A DNA stretch of 63,371 nucleotides from Vulcanimicrobiaceae bacterium (GTDB lineage: Bacteria; Vulcanimicrobiota; Vulcanimicrobiia; Vulcanimicrobiales; Vulcanimicrobiaceae), in the NCBI GenBank assembly GCA_035294905.1, contig DATGJX010000159.1, forward strand, positions 1 to 63,371. The letters run 5' to 3'. The notes beneath the pieces were generated by a model. The model ran no database searches, was not told the origin of the DNA, and worked only from the letters and a program-made list of their open reading frames with translations. A program made the position numbers and the translations under genes. Each line of letters opens with the position of its first letter. The stretch's first letter is position 1. This document shows, piece after piece, positions 17,373-26,267 of the stretch.

Positions 17373-19256
17373 CTATGCCTGCTGCTCGTGAAGAAGAGCA
17401 GTCATCGCTTCGGCCGCCAGCGGCCGGTGGAAATAGTGCCCTTGTCCGTGCTCGCAGCCCAGGGACAGGAGGCGCGATGCTTGCTCGGCCGTTTCGACGC
17501 CTTCTGCTGTTACGCGAAGATCGCAGGCCGCTCCCAGGCGCACGAGCATCTCGATGATTTGCGCACTTTTCTGCTGCTCGATGCCCGCGATGAATGTTTG
17601 ATCGATCTTGAAACCGTCGATAGGCAGCGATTGAATGTAGCGCAGCGACGAGTATCCGGTGCCGAAGTCGTCGATGCACAAATCCACGCCAATCGCTTTC
17701 AGGCGCCCAAGCACGCCGGCTGCTCGCGACTCGCTTTGAAGGATTGACGTCTCGGTGATCTCGAGCGTCAGTTGCCCCGGTTCGAGATGGTGCTTTTCGA
17801 TGAGCGCGGCCAAGAACTCCGGCAGATCCGACTGCAGCACTTCTTGTACGGACAAATTGACGTTCAAGGAGATTGGCGAGTCGGGCGAAAGCGCCCGCCA
17901 CTGTTCGAGCGCGCGGCACGAGCTTTCGAGCACGAAGCGTCCCACCGGAACCATGAGGCCCATCTCTTCCGCAAGCGGTAGAAACGACGCCGGGGCGAGG
18001 TGCCCTTCCTCGGGATGATTCCAGCGCAGCAGCGCTTCCACTCCCTGCAAGCGCCGGGTCGTGAGTGAAACGATCGGCTGGAAAAGCACGACGAACTGCT
18101 GCTCGTCGATCGCGCTTCGCAAATGCATGCGCAATGAAAGCCGGCGCAGCGCCTCTTCGTGCATGCTCGGGGCGAACACGGCGCTGCGGTTGCGCCCCTC
18201 ACTCTTCGCATGATACATCGCGGTATCCGCATCGCGCAGAACGTCGGCAATCGACGTATAATGCTCGTCGATCGGCGCGACGCCGATGCTCGCCGTCATT
18301 ACGATATTACGGCCGGCGATGTGGTACGGATGACGCAGCGTCTTGTGCATCTGCTCCAAAACCTGTGCGATGCGATTCGGCGCGGCATCATCGAGCAGCA
18401 CTGCGAACTCGTCGCCCGCCATTCGCGCAACCACCGACCGTTCGCCCATCACTGCGCGCAGTCGCGAAGAGGCTTCCTTCAGCACGTCGTCGCCGGCCAA
18501 GTGCCCGAGCGTGTCGTTGATCGATTTGAACTCGTCGAGGTCGAGGTAAACCACCGCACGGTGCGCGCCGTCGCCGCGCGCGACCGCTTCGAGCGCGCGC
18601 GCCAGTTCGAGTGAAAAAACGGTGCGGTTCGGCAAACCGGTGAGTGAATCGTGCGTTGCTTCGTACTGCAAACGGCTTTGCGAACGCGCGTTTTCCAGCG
18701 CCATGCCCATCAAGTTGACGAAGACCTGCATCGCGCGAAGCGTCTGCGCGCTCGGAATCTCGCCGCTCAGCGGTCCGTCCGGCGACATGTAGCCGATCAT
18801 GACGCCGTCGCGGTCGTGGAGCGTCAGCACCAGCGCGTCGCGTTCGTGCCACTGCGTGGGAAATTTGCGAGACGATTGAATGGCGGCCCCGGCGTAGATG
18901 GAGCGATCCCAGTGCGCTTCTCTTTCGGCCGGAAAGAAATAGCAGTCTTCGAAAAAGCGTACCGCATCAACGAGTAATGCGTCGAACGCTGCGCGATCGA
19001 TGCGCTCGTGAATGCGTTGGCGCGTGATTTCTTCGGGCCAGCCGAGCATCACGCGGCGGCGCAATTCGCCGTTGGGCTCCTCTGCAGCGACCATGCTGAT
19101 GTAGCGCCATCCGAAGAGGTCGAGCACGCCGCGCGCAAGCGAGGTCAGGGCGTCGTCCAGCGACGTTGCGCCAAGCACGTCTCGCGTTATCTCGAACAGC
19201 CGCTCCAGCTCACTAACAGAACCGGCTCCGGCCGAAAGCGCCCCGAGCGAATACAT
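17373..19256 (-). CDS. GAF-GGDEF-EAL cyclic-di-GMP turnover protein
   Basis: RMAGDEFAVLL (A-G-D-E-F variant). EAL motifs VEALLRW, DDFGTGYSSL, KIDQTFI, EGVET. N-terminal GAF-like region. Confidence 0.85.
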   Translation of the reverse strand: MYSLGALSAGAGSVSELERLFEITRDVLGATSLDDALTSLARGVLDLFGWRYISMVAAEEPNGELRRRVMLGWPEEITRQRIHERIDRAAFDALLVDAVRFFEDCYFFPAEREAHWDRSIYAGAAIQSSRKFPTQWHERDALVLTLHDRDGVMIGYMSPDGPLSGEIPSAQTLRAMQVFVNLMGMALENARSQSRLQYEATHDSLTGLPNRTVFSLELARALEAVARGDGAHRAVVYLDLDEFKSINDTLGHLAGDDVLKEASSRLRAVMGERSVVARMAGDEFAVLLDDAAPNRIAQVLEQMHKTLRHPYHIAGRNIVMTASIGVAPIDEHYTSIADVLRDADTAMYHAKSEGRNRSAVFAPSMHEEALRRLSLRMHLRSAIDEQQFVVLFQPIVSLTTRRLQGVEALLRWNHPEEGHLAPASFLPLAEEMGLMVPVGRFVLESSCRALEQWRALSPDSPISLNVNLSVQEVLQSDLPEFLAALIEKHHLEPGQLTLEITETSILQSESRAAGVLGRLKAIGVDLCIDDFGTGYSSLRYIQSLPIDGFKIDQTFIAGIEQQKSAQIIEMLVRLGAACDLRVTAEGVETAEQASRLLSLGCEHGQGHYFHRPLAAEAMTALLHEQQA

Positions 19257-19328
19257 ACCGCGGTTGCTATTCTTGCGGCCGGGCTGCGCCCCTATGGTGC
19301 CGCGTAAAACCCTGGCAAAGGATTGCGC

Positions 19329-20048
19329 CTACCCAATCACGTGGCGAAGCACGAGCGCAAATCCGGCGATGGTGAGCGCCACCGCGACGAACGCCATGAG
19401 ACGCTGCGATTTGAGACGCAGTGAAAGCCGCGCCCCGATGGGGCCGCCGCACAAGCCGCCCAGAACGAGCGGCACGACCAGCTCCCAATCGATGTCGTGC
19501 TGAAGGTAATGCGTGATGAAACCCACGGGCGACGTGAGCACGATGCCGAAATGCGACGTCGCGCTAATCGCATGCGCCGGCAGGTCGGAAAAGTACAGCA
19601 GCGTCGGCACGAGCACGACGCCGCCGCCGACGCCGAACAAACTCGAAATGAAGCCGACGACGAATCCTGCTGCAACCGCAGCATACCAGTGCATGCCGAC
19701 GGTGGCGCCCACGTCCGCGTGTTCGGTACGGTTTTGCAGACGCTTCTCGCGGTTTATCGCGATGTCGAACGCGACCAAAAACAAAAACGCGGCGAACGCC
19801 CAATCGAAGATGTGCGGCGGAATGCGCTTGACGACAACCGCACCCAGGATGGATCCGGGAAAACCGGCGGCAGCGATCATCAAACCGACGCGCACGTGCA
19901 CGCGCCGCTGCATCAAGTAGGTGAATGCGCCGCTGCCGCTGTTCGCGACAACCAGCGCGAGCGACGTGCCCGCCGCTTCTGCGGGTCCGAGGCCGAAGAA
20001 GAGACGCAGAACCGGAACGATGATGAACCCTCCGCCGAGGCCGACCAT
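19329..20048 (-). CDS. TSUP (TauE/SafE) family anion exporter
   Basis: Polytopic membrane protein with two-fold internal repeat. MVGLGGGFIIVPVL and FGVGGGVVLVPTLL motifs. Confidence 0.75.
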   Translation of the reverse strand: MVGLGGGFIIVPVLRLFFGLGPAEAAGTSLALVVANSGSGAFTYLMQRRVHVRVGLMIAAAGFPGSILGAVVVKRIPPHIFDWAFAAFLFLVAFDIAINREKRLQNRTEHADVGATVGMHWYAAVAAGFVVGFISSLFGVGGGVVLVPTLLYFSDLPAHAISATSHFGIVLTSPVGFITHYLQHDIDWELVVPLVLGGLCGGPIGARLSLRLKSQRLMAFVAVALTIAGFALVLRHVIG

Positions 20049-20128
20049 CGATCCGAAGATACTTGCTCCGAGCCCGGCTACGAAGAGCCAGACGTAGAGC
20101 CAAATTGTGTGGTGCGTAGCGTCGAGGC

Positions 20129-20692
20129 TTAGCTGCCGACGCGGCCGATGTAGCGGCGATCGCGCGTGTCGATGCGAATCAAATCGCCCGGATTTACGAA
20201 CAGCGGAACGTTTACGACGGCACCGGTTTCAAGCGTTGCCGGTTTGGTTGCACCGGTTGCAGTGTCGCCTTTGAATCCCGGATCAGTTTGATCGACTTTC
20301 AGTTCGACGTGCGCCGGAAGGTCGGCGCCGATCGGATTGCTGTCATGGAACTGCACGTCGACCACCATACCGTCTTTTAGGAAGTCGGCCGGGTCGCCGA
20401 TGATGTCCCGCTGCAGCGTAACGTTCTCGAACGTCTCCTGATCCATGAAATGGTAACCGTCGGAGTCGTTGTACAGCATCTGCATCTGCCGGTTGTCGAC
20501 GGTGGCGCGCTCGAGTTTTTCGCCGGCCCGAAACGTCTTCTCAACGGTCGCTCCGGTTTTCACGTTCTTCAGGCGCGTCCGCACGAACGCCGAACCCTTG
20601 CCCGGCTTGACGTGCAAAAACTCGATGACGGTCCAAAGCTGGCCGTTCTCGATGATGGTGACGCCGTTGCGAAGATCGTTCGATGAAATCAT
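20129..20692 (-). CDS. efp: elongation factor P
   Basis: MISSNDLRNG..HVKPGKGSAFVRTRLKN. The ORF extension to 20746 is rejected. Confidence 0.9.
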   Translation of the reverse strand: MISSNDLRNGVTIIENGQLWTVIEFLHVKPGKGSAFVRTRLKNVKTGATVEKTFRAGEKLERATVDNRQMQMLYNDSDGYHFMDQETFENVTLQRDIIGDPADFLKDGMVVDVQFHDSNPIGADLPAHVELKVDQTDPGFKGDTATGATKPATLETGAVVNVPLFVNPGDLIRIDTRDRRYIGRVGS

Positions 20693-20771
20693 GACCTGCC
20701 CCAATACGCAAAATGGCCTGCGGAGCCCTGGTTTGAGGGCATGCATCCGCCGGGTGCTGCGACTTTAGGAG

Positions 20772-21107
20772 CTAGCTCTTGAAGCCGTACAGGCCGTGGC
20801 CGTTCGGATTGGCGACGTATACCTTGTACGCGTGGCGCAGGCCGAGCGAAAACGAAAAGATCACGTGCACCGGCGTTCCGGGCCGCAGGTCTTTCGACTG
20901 CATGGTTTTGCCGTTGGGAAGGTTCACGAACTTCGGCCATGACAGGAACGACATGTCCGCCGGCACTCCGTCGATGCAGTGAACCCGTACGTTCTGGAGC
21001 GAGACGTGGCGCACGTATCCGTGACAGTCGTGATACCTGCCGCCGGGTGGCAAGCTGCTGGCCCCCAGCGTAGCCGTAAGAATGAGAACGGAAACGAGTA
21101 TGCGCAT
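20772..21107 (-). CDS. small secreted hypothetical protein (111 aa)
   Basis: Signal peptide MRILVSVLILTATLGASS. The ATG at 21107 was confirmed on the sequence. The upstream part of the ORF overlaps plsY. Confidence 0.6.
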   Translation of the reverse strand: MRILVSVLILTATLGASSLPPGGRYHDCHGYVRHVSLQNVRVHCIDGVPADMSFLSWPKFVNLPNGKTMQSKDLRPGTPVHVIFSFSLGLRHAYKVYVANPNGHGLYGFKS

Positions 21108-21132
21108 GATTTGACACTTCCCTCCGCGGTCT

Positions 21133-21741
21133 TTATACCCGCCGCCGAAGAAACGGTATCCCGCTTTCGCGCCCCGCACGGAGCCGCGAGATGTTTTCGC
21201 GATGCGTGTAGATGACGAGCATTGCCGCGGCCACCCCATAGCCGGTAAGCCACCAATCGCGCGTGAAATACCACAGCGCAAACGGCGCGACAATGTGCGC
21301 GAGAATCGAGCCGACGGAAGAATACGTCGTCGCGCCGGCGCCGACGGCCCAGCCTGCAATCGAAACGAGCCCGGCAGGCCACGACAGCGCGAAGATCGCG
21401 CCGAACGAGGTCGCCACCCCTTTTCCGCCTTTGAACGCAAGCCACGGCGAAAAGCAGTGCCCGATCACGGCGCAGCCGGCAACGATTGCACCGAGATGCG
21501 TGTCGTGCAAGAGCTGCATCACGCAGAGTGCGGGGATGACGCCTTTGGCGGCATCCAGAATTAGGACGGCGACCGCGCCGCCTTTTCCGAGCGTGCGAAG
21601 CGCGTTCATCGCACCGATGTTGCCGCTTCCGGATTTGCGAATGTCCGTCTTGTAAAAGAGCCGGCTTATTACCACGCCAAAGGGAATCGAGCCGAGCAGG
21701 AACGCACCGATAGCGATGCTGGCGTAGGCCCAGATGCTCAC
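21133..21741 (-). CDS. plsY: glycerol-3-phosphate acyltransferase PlsY
   Basis: SGSGNIGAMNALR motif, 5-6 TM helices. Its GTG start overlaps the der stop (GTGA). Confidence 0.85.
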   Translation of the reverse strand: MSIWAYASIAIGAFLLGSIPFGVVISRLFYKTDIRKSGSGNIGAMNALRTLGKGGAVAVLILDAAKGVIPALCVMQLLHDTHLGAIVAGCAVIGHCFSPWLAFKGGKGVATSFGAIFALSWPAGLVSIAGWAVGAGATTYSSVGSILAHIVAPFALWYFTRDWWLTGYGVAAAMLVIYTHRENISRLRAGRESGIPFLRRRV

Positions 21742-23150
21742 TCTTCCGCCTCCGCGCGCCGCGAGCGTTCGCGAAATTCGAGCGTGAGCGGCACGCCCTC
21801 GAAGTCGAAGTGCTGACGGATCACGTTCTCCAAAAAGCGCTTGTACGACGTTTGCACGAGCTCCGGGTCATTGCAATGAAAGACGAACAGCGGCGGATGC
21901 GCCGCAGGCTGCGAGCAGTAGAAGATCTTGAACGGTTTGCCGCCCGGCGCCGGCGCCGGATGCGCGAGGGTCGCGTCACGAATCACCGAGTTGAGCTGCG
22001 CCGTGGGAACGTGGCGGTCCAAGTTGTTCGCGACTTTCATCACCAGCGGCATCAAGCTGCCCAACCGCCGTCGCGTCTTCGCCGAAAGAAACGTGACGGG
22101 AGCGAAGCGCGCGAAGGGTATCTGCTCGTAGATCACGTTGATGAGCTCGCCTTGGCTATACTCGCCCTGCTCGCGCGCGAGATCCCACTTGTTGCCGATG
22201 ATGACGAGGCCCTTGCGCTCTTCGAGAATCATCCCGGCCAGACGCCGTTCCTGCGCCTGGATGCCGTGCATTGCATCGAACAGCAGCAGCGCGATGTCGC
22301 AGCGATTGATCGCCGAAATCGATCGCAGCGCCGAGTAGTATTCGATCGCGCCGTGCTGCTGCGGCTTCTTTCGCACGCCCGCCGTATCGATCAGACGAAT
22401 GCGATGTTCGTGAAATTGAAAAATCGTGTCGATGGCATCGCGCGTCGTTCCCGGAACGTCGGAGACGACGGCGCGTTCCTCACCGAGCAGCGAGTTCAGC
22501 AGCGAACTTTTGCCGACGTTCGGCCGGCCGACCAGCGCAAGCGAGATCTCACCGTGAAGATCCGGCGGAGGTGCCTGCTCGGGCAGATGTTCGACGACGC
22601 GATCGAGCAAATCGCCCGTACCTTCGCCGTGAATCGCCGATACGGCAATCGGCTCGCCGAACCCAAGCGGCGCGAATTCGCCGTACACCGATGCGGCGGC
22701 GGACGGCGACTCGGCTTTGTTGGCAACCAAGAGCACCGGTTTTCGGGTGCGGCGCAAAATGCGCGCGACGTCGTCGTCGAGCGGATTGCGTCCCGATGCG
22801 GCGTCCACGACGAAGATGATCGCATCCGATTCGTGCGCGGCGGCCTCGGCTTGCTGCCGGGCGGAACGGGCAATGTCGACGGAGCCCGCGTCGACCCCCC
22901 TCGAAGCATCCTGCTCCGGATCGATGCCCGCGGTGTCGACCAAACTGAACGTTCGCCCTTGCCATTCGCACAAGCCGTACAGCCGATCGCGCGTGACGCC
23001 CGGCGTGTCTTCCACGATTGCGAGGCGCTGCCCGATCAAGCGGTTGAACAGCGCGCTTTTGCCGACGTTCGGGCGCCCGACAATCGCGACGCCGGACGGC
23101 CGCAGCATCGCTCCGTTGCGTCGCTCCGACTGAGTGGGTTCTTGCTGCAC
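21738..23150 (-). CDS. der: ribosome-associated GTPase Der (EngA)
   Basis: Two G domains (GRPNVGKSALFNRL and GRPNVGKSSLLN) plus a KH-like C-terminus. Confidence 0.9.
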   Translation of the reverse strand: MQQEPTQSERRNGAMLRPSGVAIVGRPNVGKSALFNRLIGQRLAIVEDTPGVTRDRLYGLCEWQGRTFSLVDTAGIDPEQDASRGVDAGSVDIARSARQQAEAAAHESDAIIFVVDAASGRNPLDDDVARILRRTRKPVLLVANKAESPSAAASVYGEFAPLGFGEPIAVSAIHGEGTGDLLDRVVEHLPEQAPPPDLHGEISLALVGRPNVGKSSLLNSLLGEERAVVSDVPGTTRDAIDTIFQFHEHRIRLIDTAGVRKKPQQHGAIEYYSALRSISAINRCDIALLLFDAMHGIQAQERRLAGMILEERKGLVIIGNKWDLAREQGEYSQGELINVIYEQIPFARFAPVTFLSAKTRRRLGSLMPLVMKVANNLDRHVPTAQLNSVIRDATLAHPAPAPGGKPFKIFYCSQPAAHPPLFVFHCNDPELVQTSYKRFLENVIRQHFDFEGVPLTLEFRERSRRAEAEE

Positions 23151-23188
23151 GCGGGGAGATTCCGGGCGGCGCGGGGTATTCCCGTGCG

Positions 23189-24589
23189 GTGGCGAGCATT
23201 TACATCGAAACGTTCGGTTGCCAGATGAACGAGGCGGATTCGCAGTACATCGCGGACCGAGCCTCGTCGGCCGGCTATGCGGTCGCCGAGCGCCCCGAAG
23301 ACGCGAACATCGTCGTGCTCAACACGTGCACCGTACGCGACAACGCGGAGCGCCGCGCGTACGGGCGCATGAACCATTTCAAGGTGCTCAAGCAAGCCGA
23401 CCCCGCGGTGAAGCTCGTCGTGATGGGCTGCCTCGCGGAGCAGGATCGCGATCGCATGCAATCGATCGTGCCGCACGTCGATGCCGTGTTCGGTACGTCG
23501 GAACTGGTACAGATGGGCGATGCGCTTGCGCAATGGCGCCCACAATTCGAAGACACGGAGTTCAGCGAAGAACGCGCGCTGCTCATGCCGTTCGGTGGAG
23601 CAGCGGATTGCATTACAGACGCGTTTTCGCATTTGCGCGGTTTCGTTACGGTACAGCGCGGCTGTTCGTACTATTGCACGTTCTGCATCGTGCCGCATGT
23701 GCGCGGCCGTTTCGATCACCGTCCCGCGAACGATATTCTCGACGAGGTGCGCGAGCGCGTCGCAGCGGGTGCGCGCGAAGTGATGCTCGTCGGGCAAACG
23801 GTAAACGCGTACAAGGATCCGGCCGACGGGACCGATTTCGGCGATCTGTGCAAGCGTGCGGCGCGGATTTCGGGCCTCGAACGGCTTACGTTCATTTCCC
23901 CGCATCCGAAGGACTTCACGGAGAAGATCATTCGCGATCTCTCGCAGGTGCCGCAGCTGAATCCGAGGGTGCACCTGCCGCTGCAGTCCGCGAGCGATCC
24001 GATTCTGCGACGCATGAACCGCAAATACACCGTGGACCAGTTCCGCGAAAAAGTCGCGCTGATTCACCGGTATTTGCCGAATTGGGCGATCACCACGGAC
24101 GTCATCGTCGGTTTCCCCGGCGAAACGGAAGAAGATTTTACGGCGACGCTCGACTACGTGAAGACCGGCGTGTTCGCGAATGCGTACATGTTCATCTATT
24201 CGAAACGCCGCGGCACACCCGCCGCTCGCTGGGAGCAAGTCGATCCGGCGGTTGCGAGCGAACGGTTCAAGCGGCTTGCCGATGCTCAAAATGTTGCCTC
24301 CCGCACTTACCACGAGCGTAAGATTGGCACGACCGTGCGCGCGCTGATTCAGGGACCATCGAAAAAAGACGCCGGAAAACTTGCCGCCAAGACCACGGAC
24401 AACGCCACGGTTATTGCGCCGATGCCGCCGGATTTCGATGAAGCACTTTATGCGCGCGAGCCGTGGATCGACGTTGAAGTTCACGAAGCTTTCATCTGGG
24501 GTTGCACCGGCACGATCGCCGGGCGTGCGGAACGCTTCGACGGCACGAGCGCCCCAGTAGAGCGACCCGTCATCGACCTGCTATACTAG
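23189..24589 (+). CDS. miaB: tRNA-i6A37 methylthiotransferase MiaB
   Basis: IETFGCQMNEADS UPF0004 domain, radical SAM CSYYCTFCIVP, TRAM C-terminus. Confidence 0.9.
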   Translation: MASIYIETFGCQMNEADSQYIADRASSAGYAVAERPEDANIVVLNTCTVRDNAERRAYGRMNHFKVLKQADPAVKLVVMGCLAEQDRDRMQSIVPHVDAVFGTSELVQMGDALAQWRPQFEDTEFSEERALLMPFGGAADCITDAFSHLRGFVTVQRGCSYYCTFCIVPHVRGRFDHRPANDILDEVRERVAAGAREVMLVGQTVNAYKDPADGTDFGDLCKRAARISGLERLTFISPHPKDFTEKIIRDLSQVPQLNPRVHLPLQSASDPILRRMNRKYTVDQFREKVALIHRYLPNWAITTDVIVGFPGETEEDFTATLDYVKTGVFANAYMFIYSKRRGTPAARWEQVDPAVASERFKRLADAQNVASRTYHERKIGTTVRALIQGPSKKDAGKLAAKTTDNATVIAPMPPDFDEALYAREPWIDVEVHEAFIWGCTGTIAGRAERFDGTSAPVERPVIDLLY

Positions 24590-24594
24590 GTGGT

Positions 24595-25515
24595 ATGCTG
24601 GTCCTTGCTCCGGTTGCAGCCGCGATGACGGACCCGTACGCGATTTTCGCCGCGGCGCAGCGTCATTGGCAATCCGCCGTCTACCCGCAAAAAGTCGCTT
24701 TCGGAGTCACCGTGACGGTATCGCGCGATGCCGTGACGTCACAAGCGCACTATCACGCTTGGTATGACGCCGAACAAAATCGCGTGCGCGTGGTCGGCGT
24801 GAGCGACGAGGAACTTGCGCATCCGTATACGCCGCACGGCATTAATTTCAATCTGAGCCTGTTCGGCGGAAGTCTTCCGCTCAGCGCGCCGCAGCGAACG
24901 TTCGACTATCTCGGCGTGCCCGTCCTCGCTCCGAATTACTCGTTCGGTATCATTCCGAACGCCGCGCCGAATACGACACAGAGCGGCATGGACTTGGTGC
25001 GTGAGATTCGCAAGGAATTCCACGATCCGCTTCCGCCGCGCCGCGAACAGTCGAATCCGCAAGACTTAAAGACCATTGCGTTGGTCGTGGTGGCGCATCG
25101 TCAGTACATCATCACGCTCGACGGATTGCAGTCGTTGAAGGGGCATCCGGATTATCACCTGCTGCTGCGGCCCGTAACGGATCCGGGCGTGTATCGCCTG
25201 CGCGAGATGTGGGTCGAAACGACGACGTACGCCGTGGATCGCCTCATAACCGACGGAAACTTTACGTCGGACGGCATGGGCGGTGTACGCTGGCAAATCG
25301 ACTACGATCAGATCGGGAACGCGCCGTTCATTTCTTCGGAAACGTCCTTCGCAGGATTCAGTACGGATCGCCGGCACTACGATACGGCAACCGTTGCGTT
25401 TACCACGATCGCTCCGGTTTCGTCCATTCCATTCGAAACGTTCTCGCAGCAGTTCGTGACAAATTCCGAAACGGCGCCGGAAGTTCTGAGCGAACCCGAC
25501 AAACCTCGCCGGTAG
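24595..25515 (+). CDS. secreted hypothetical protein, possibly LolA-like fold
   Basis: Start MLVLAPVAAAM. No catalytic motif. The LolA-like assignment is a guess from sequence character only. Confidence 0.5.
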   Translation: MLVLAPVAAAMTDPYAIFAAAQRHWQSAVYPQKVAFGVTVTVSRDAVTSQAHYHAWYDAEQNRVRVVGVSDEELAHPYTPHGINFNLSLFGGSLPLSAPQRTFDYLGVPVLAPNYSFGIIPNAAPNTTQSGMDLVREIRKEFHDPLPPRREQSNPQDLKTIALVVVAHRQYIITLDGLQSLKGHPDYHLLLRPVTDPGVYRLREMWVETTTYAVDRLITDGNFTSDGMGGVRWQIDYDQIGNAPFISSETSFAGFSTDRRHYDTATVAFTTIAPVSSIPFETFSQQFVTNSETAPEVLSEPDKPRR

Positions 25516-25521
25516 CCACGA

Positions 25522-25812
25522 TTGTTGACGGTCGCATTCGCAGTCGCAGTGCTGCTCGCCGCAGTGAGTGTGAAATACGTGTCGACGATGCGGCTTTGGT
25601 CTCGATATGGGCCCGACGAGTTTGTATCATCACCGCAAGCTCGGCGATTGTTCTTGGCCGGCAAAATAACGCCGATTATCGCGTGCGCAGCGCTAGTGCT
25701 TCTCAGCTACTTCACGGGTTTGATCTGGCTCGTCATCCCCGCATGGCTCCTTTTCGGCGTAATCGTCTTAGGAGTCGCGCGGATCGTGCATCGTGAGTTC
25801 GACGCGAAGTAG
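25522..25812 (+). CDS. small membrane protein (3 predicted TM helices)
   Basis: Three hydrophobic stretches. TTG start. Confidence 0.5.
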   Translation: MLTVAFAVAVLLAAVSVKYVSTMRLWSRYGPDEFVSSPQARRLFLAGKITPIIACAALVLLSYFTGLIWLVIPAWLLFGVIVLGVARIVHREFDAK

Positions 25813-25817
25813 CCGTG

Positions 25818-26030
25818 CTAGGCAACGTCTACCGTTTCGGCGATCGTGCTCGGCGGCGGCACCGGATGTCCTTGCTCGCGAGCCACCTCAACCCAAAGTG
25901 ATATAGCCTCTTTTACGTTTTCTCGCACGTCGTCGAGCGTGTTTCCGGCAGAAGAGCGGCCCGGCAGATCGGGTACCACCGCGCCCCAAGTACCGTCCGT
26001 TGCTTGGTCGTACAGGACTGCGTATTTCAT
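25818..26030 (-). CDS. hicB: HicB-family antitoxin
   Basis: MKYAVLYDQATDGTWGAVVPDLPG..GNTLDDVRENVKEAISLW matches the HicB/UPF0150 pattern. Confidence 0.8.
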   Translation of the reverse strand: MKYAVLYDQATDGTWGAVVPDLPGRSSAGNTLDDVRENVKEAISLWVEVAREQGHPVPPPSTIAETVDVA

Positions 26031-26214
26031 TGCTTTATCCTCGGTGCCTTACGGACAACGGCCTCGACGCCGCCTGAAAGCTCCTTCTTGCCGTGCATCG
26101 GCACGATCACCCACTCGTTCGGAACACCAAGTGGGAGCTTTTACTAATGTTGCTGAGAACATAGCCGGCACCTCGCAACAGCCGCACCGCTTCCCCGGAA
26201 CTCACGCGCATCAT
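26027..26214 (-). pseudogene. hicA: HicA-family toxin interrupted by a single frameshift
   Basis: MMRVSSGEAVRLLRGAGYVLSNISKSSHLVFRTSG* continues in the -1 frame as NEWVIVPMHGKKELSGGVEAVVRKAPRIKQ*. That stop overlaps the hicB ATG (ATGA). The break lies near 26114-26124. Confidence 0.7.
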
Positions 26215-26267
26215 TTCGCGCGCGCAAACGGCAATCACAAGTCCTCTACAAGTTATCCACAGGGGAA

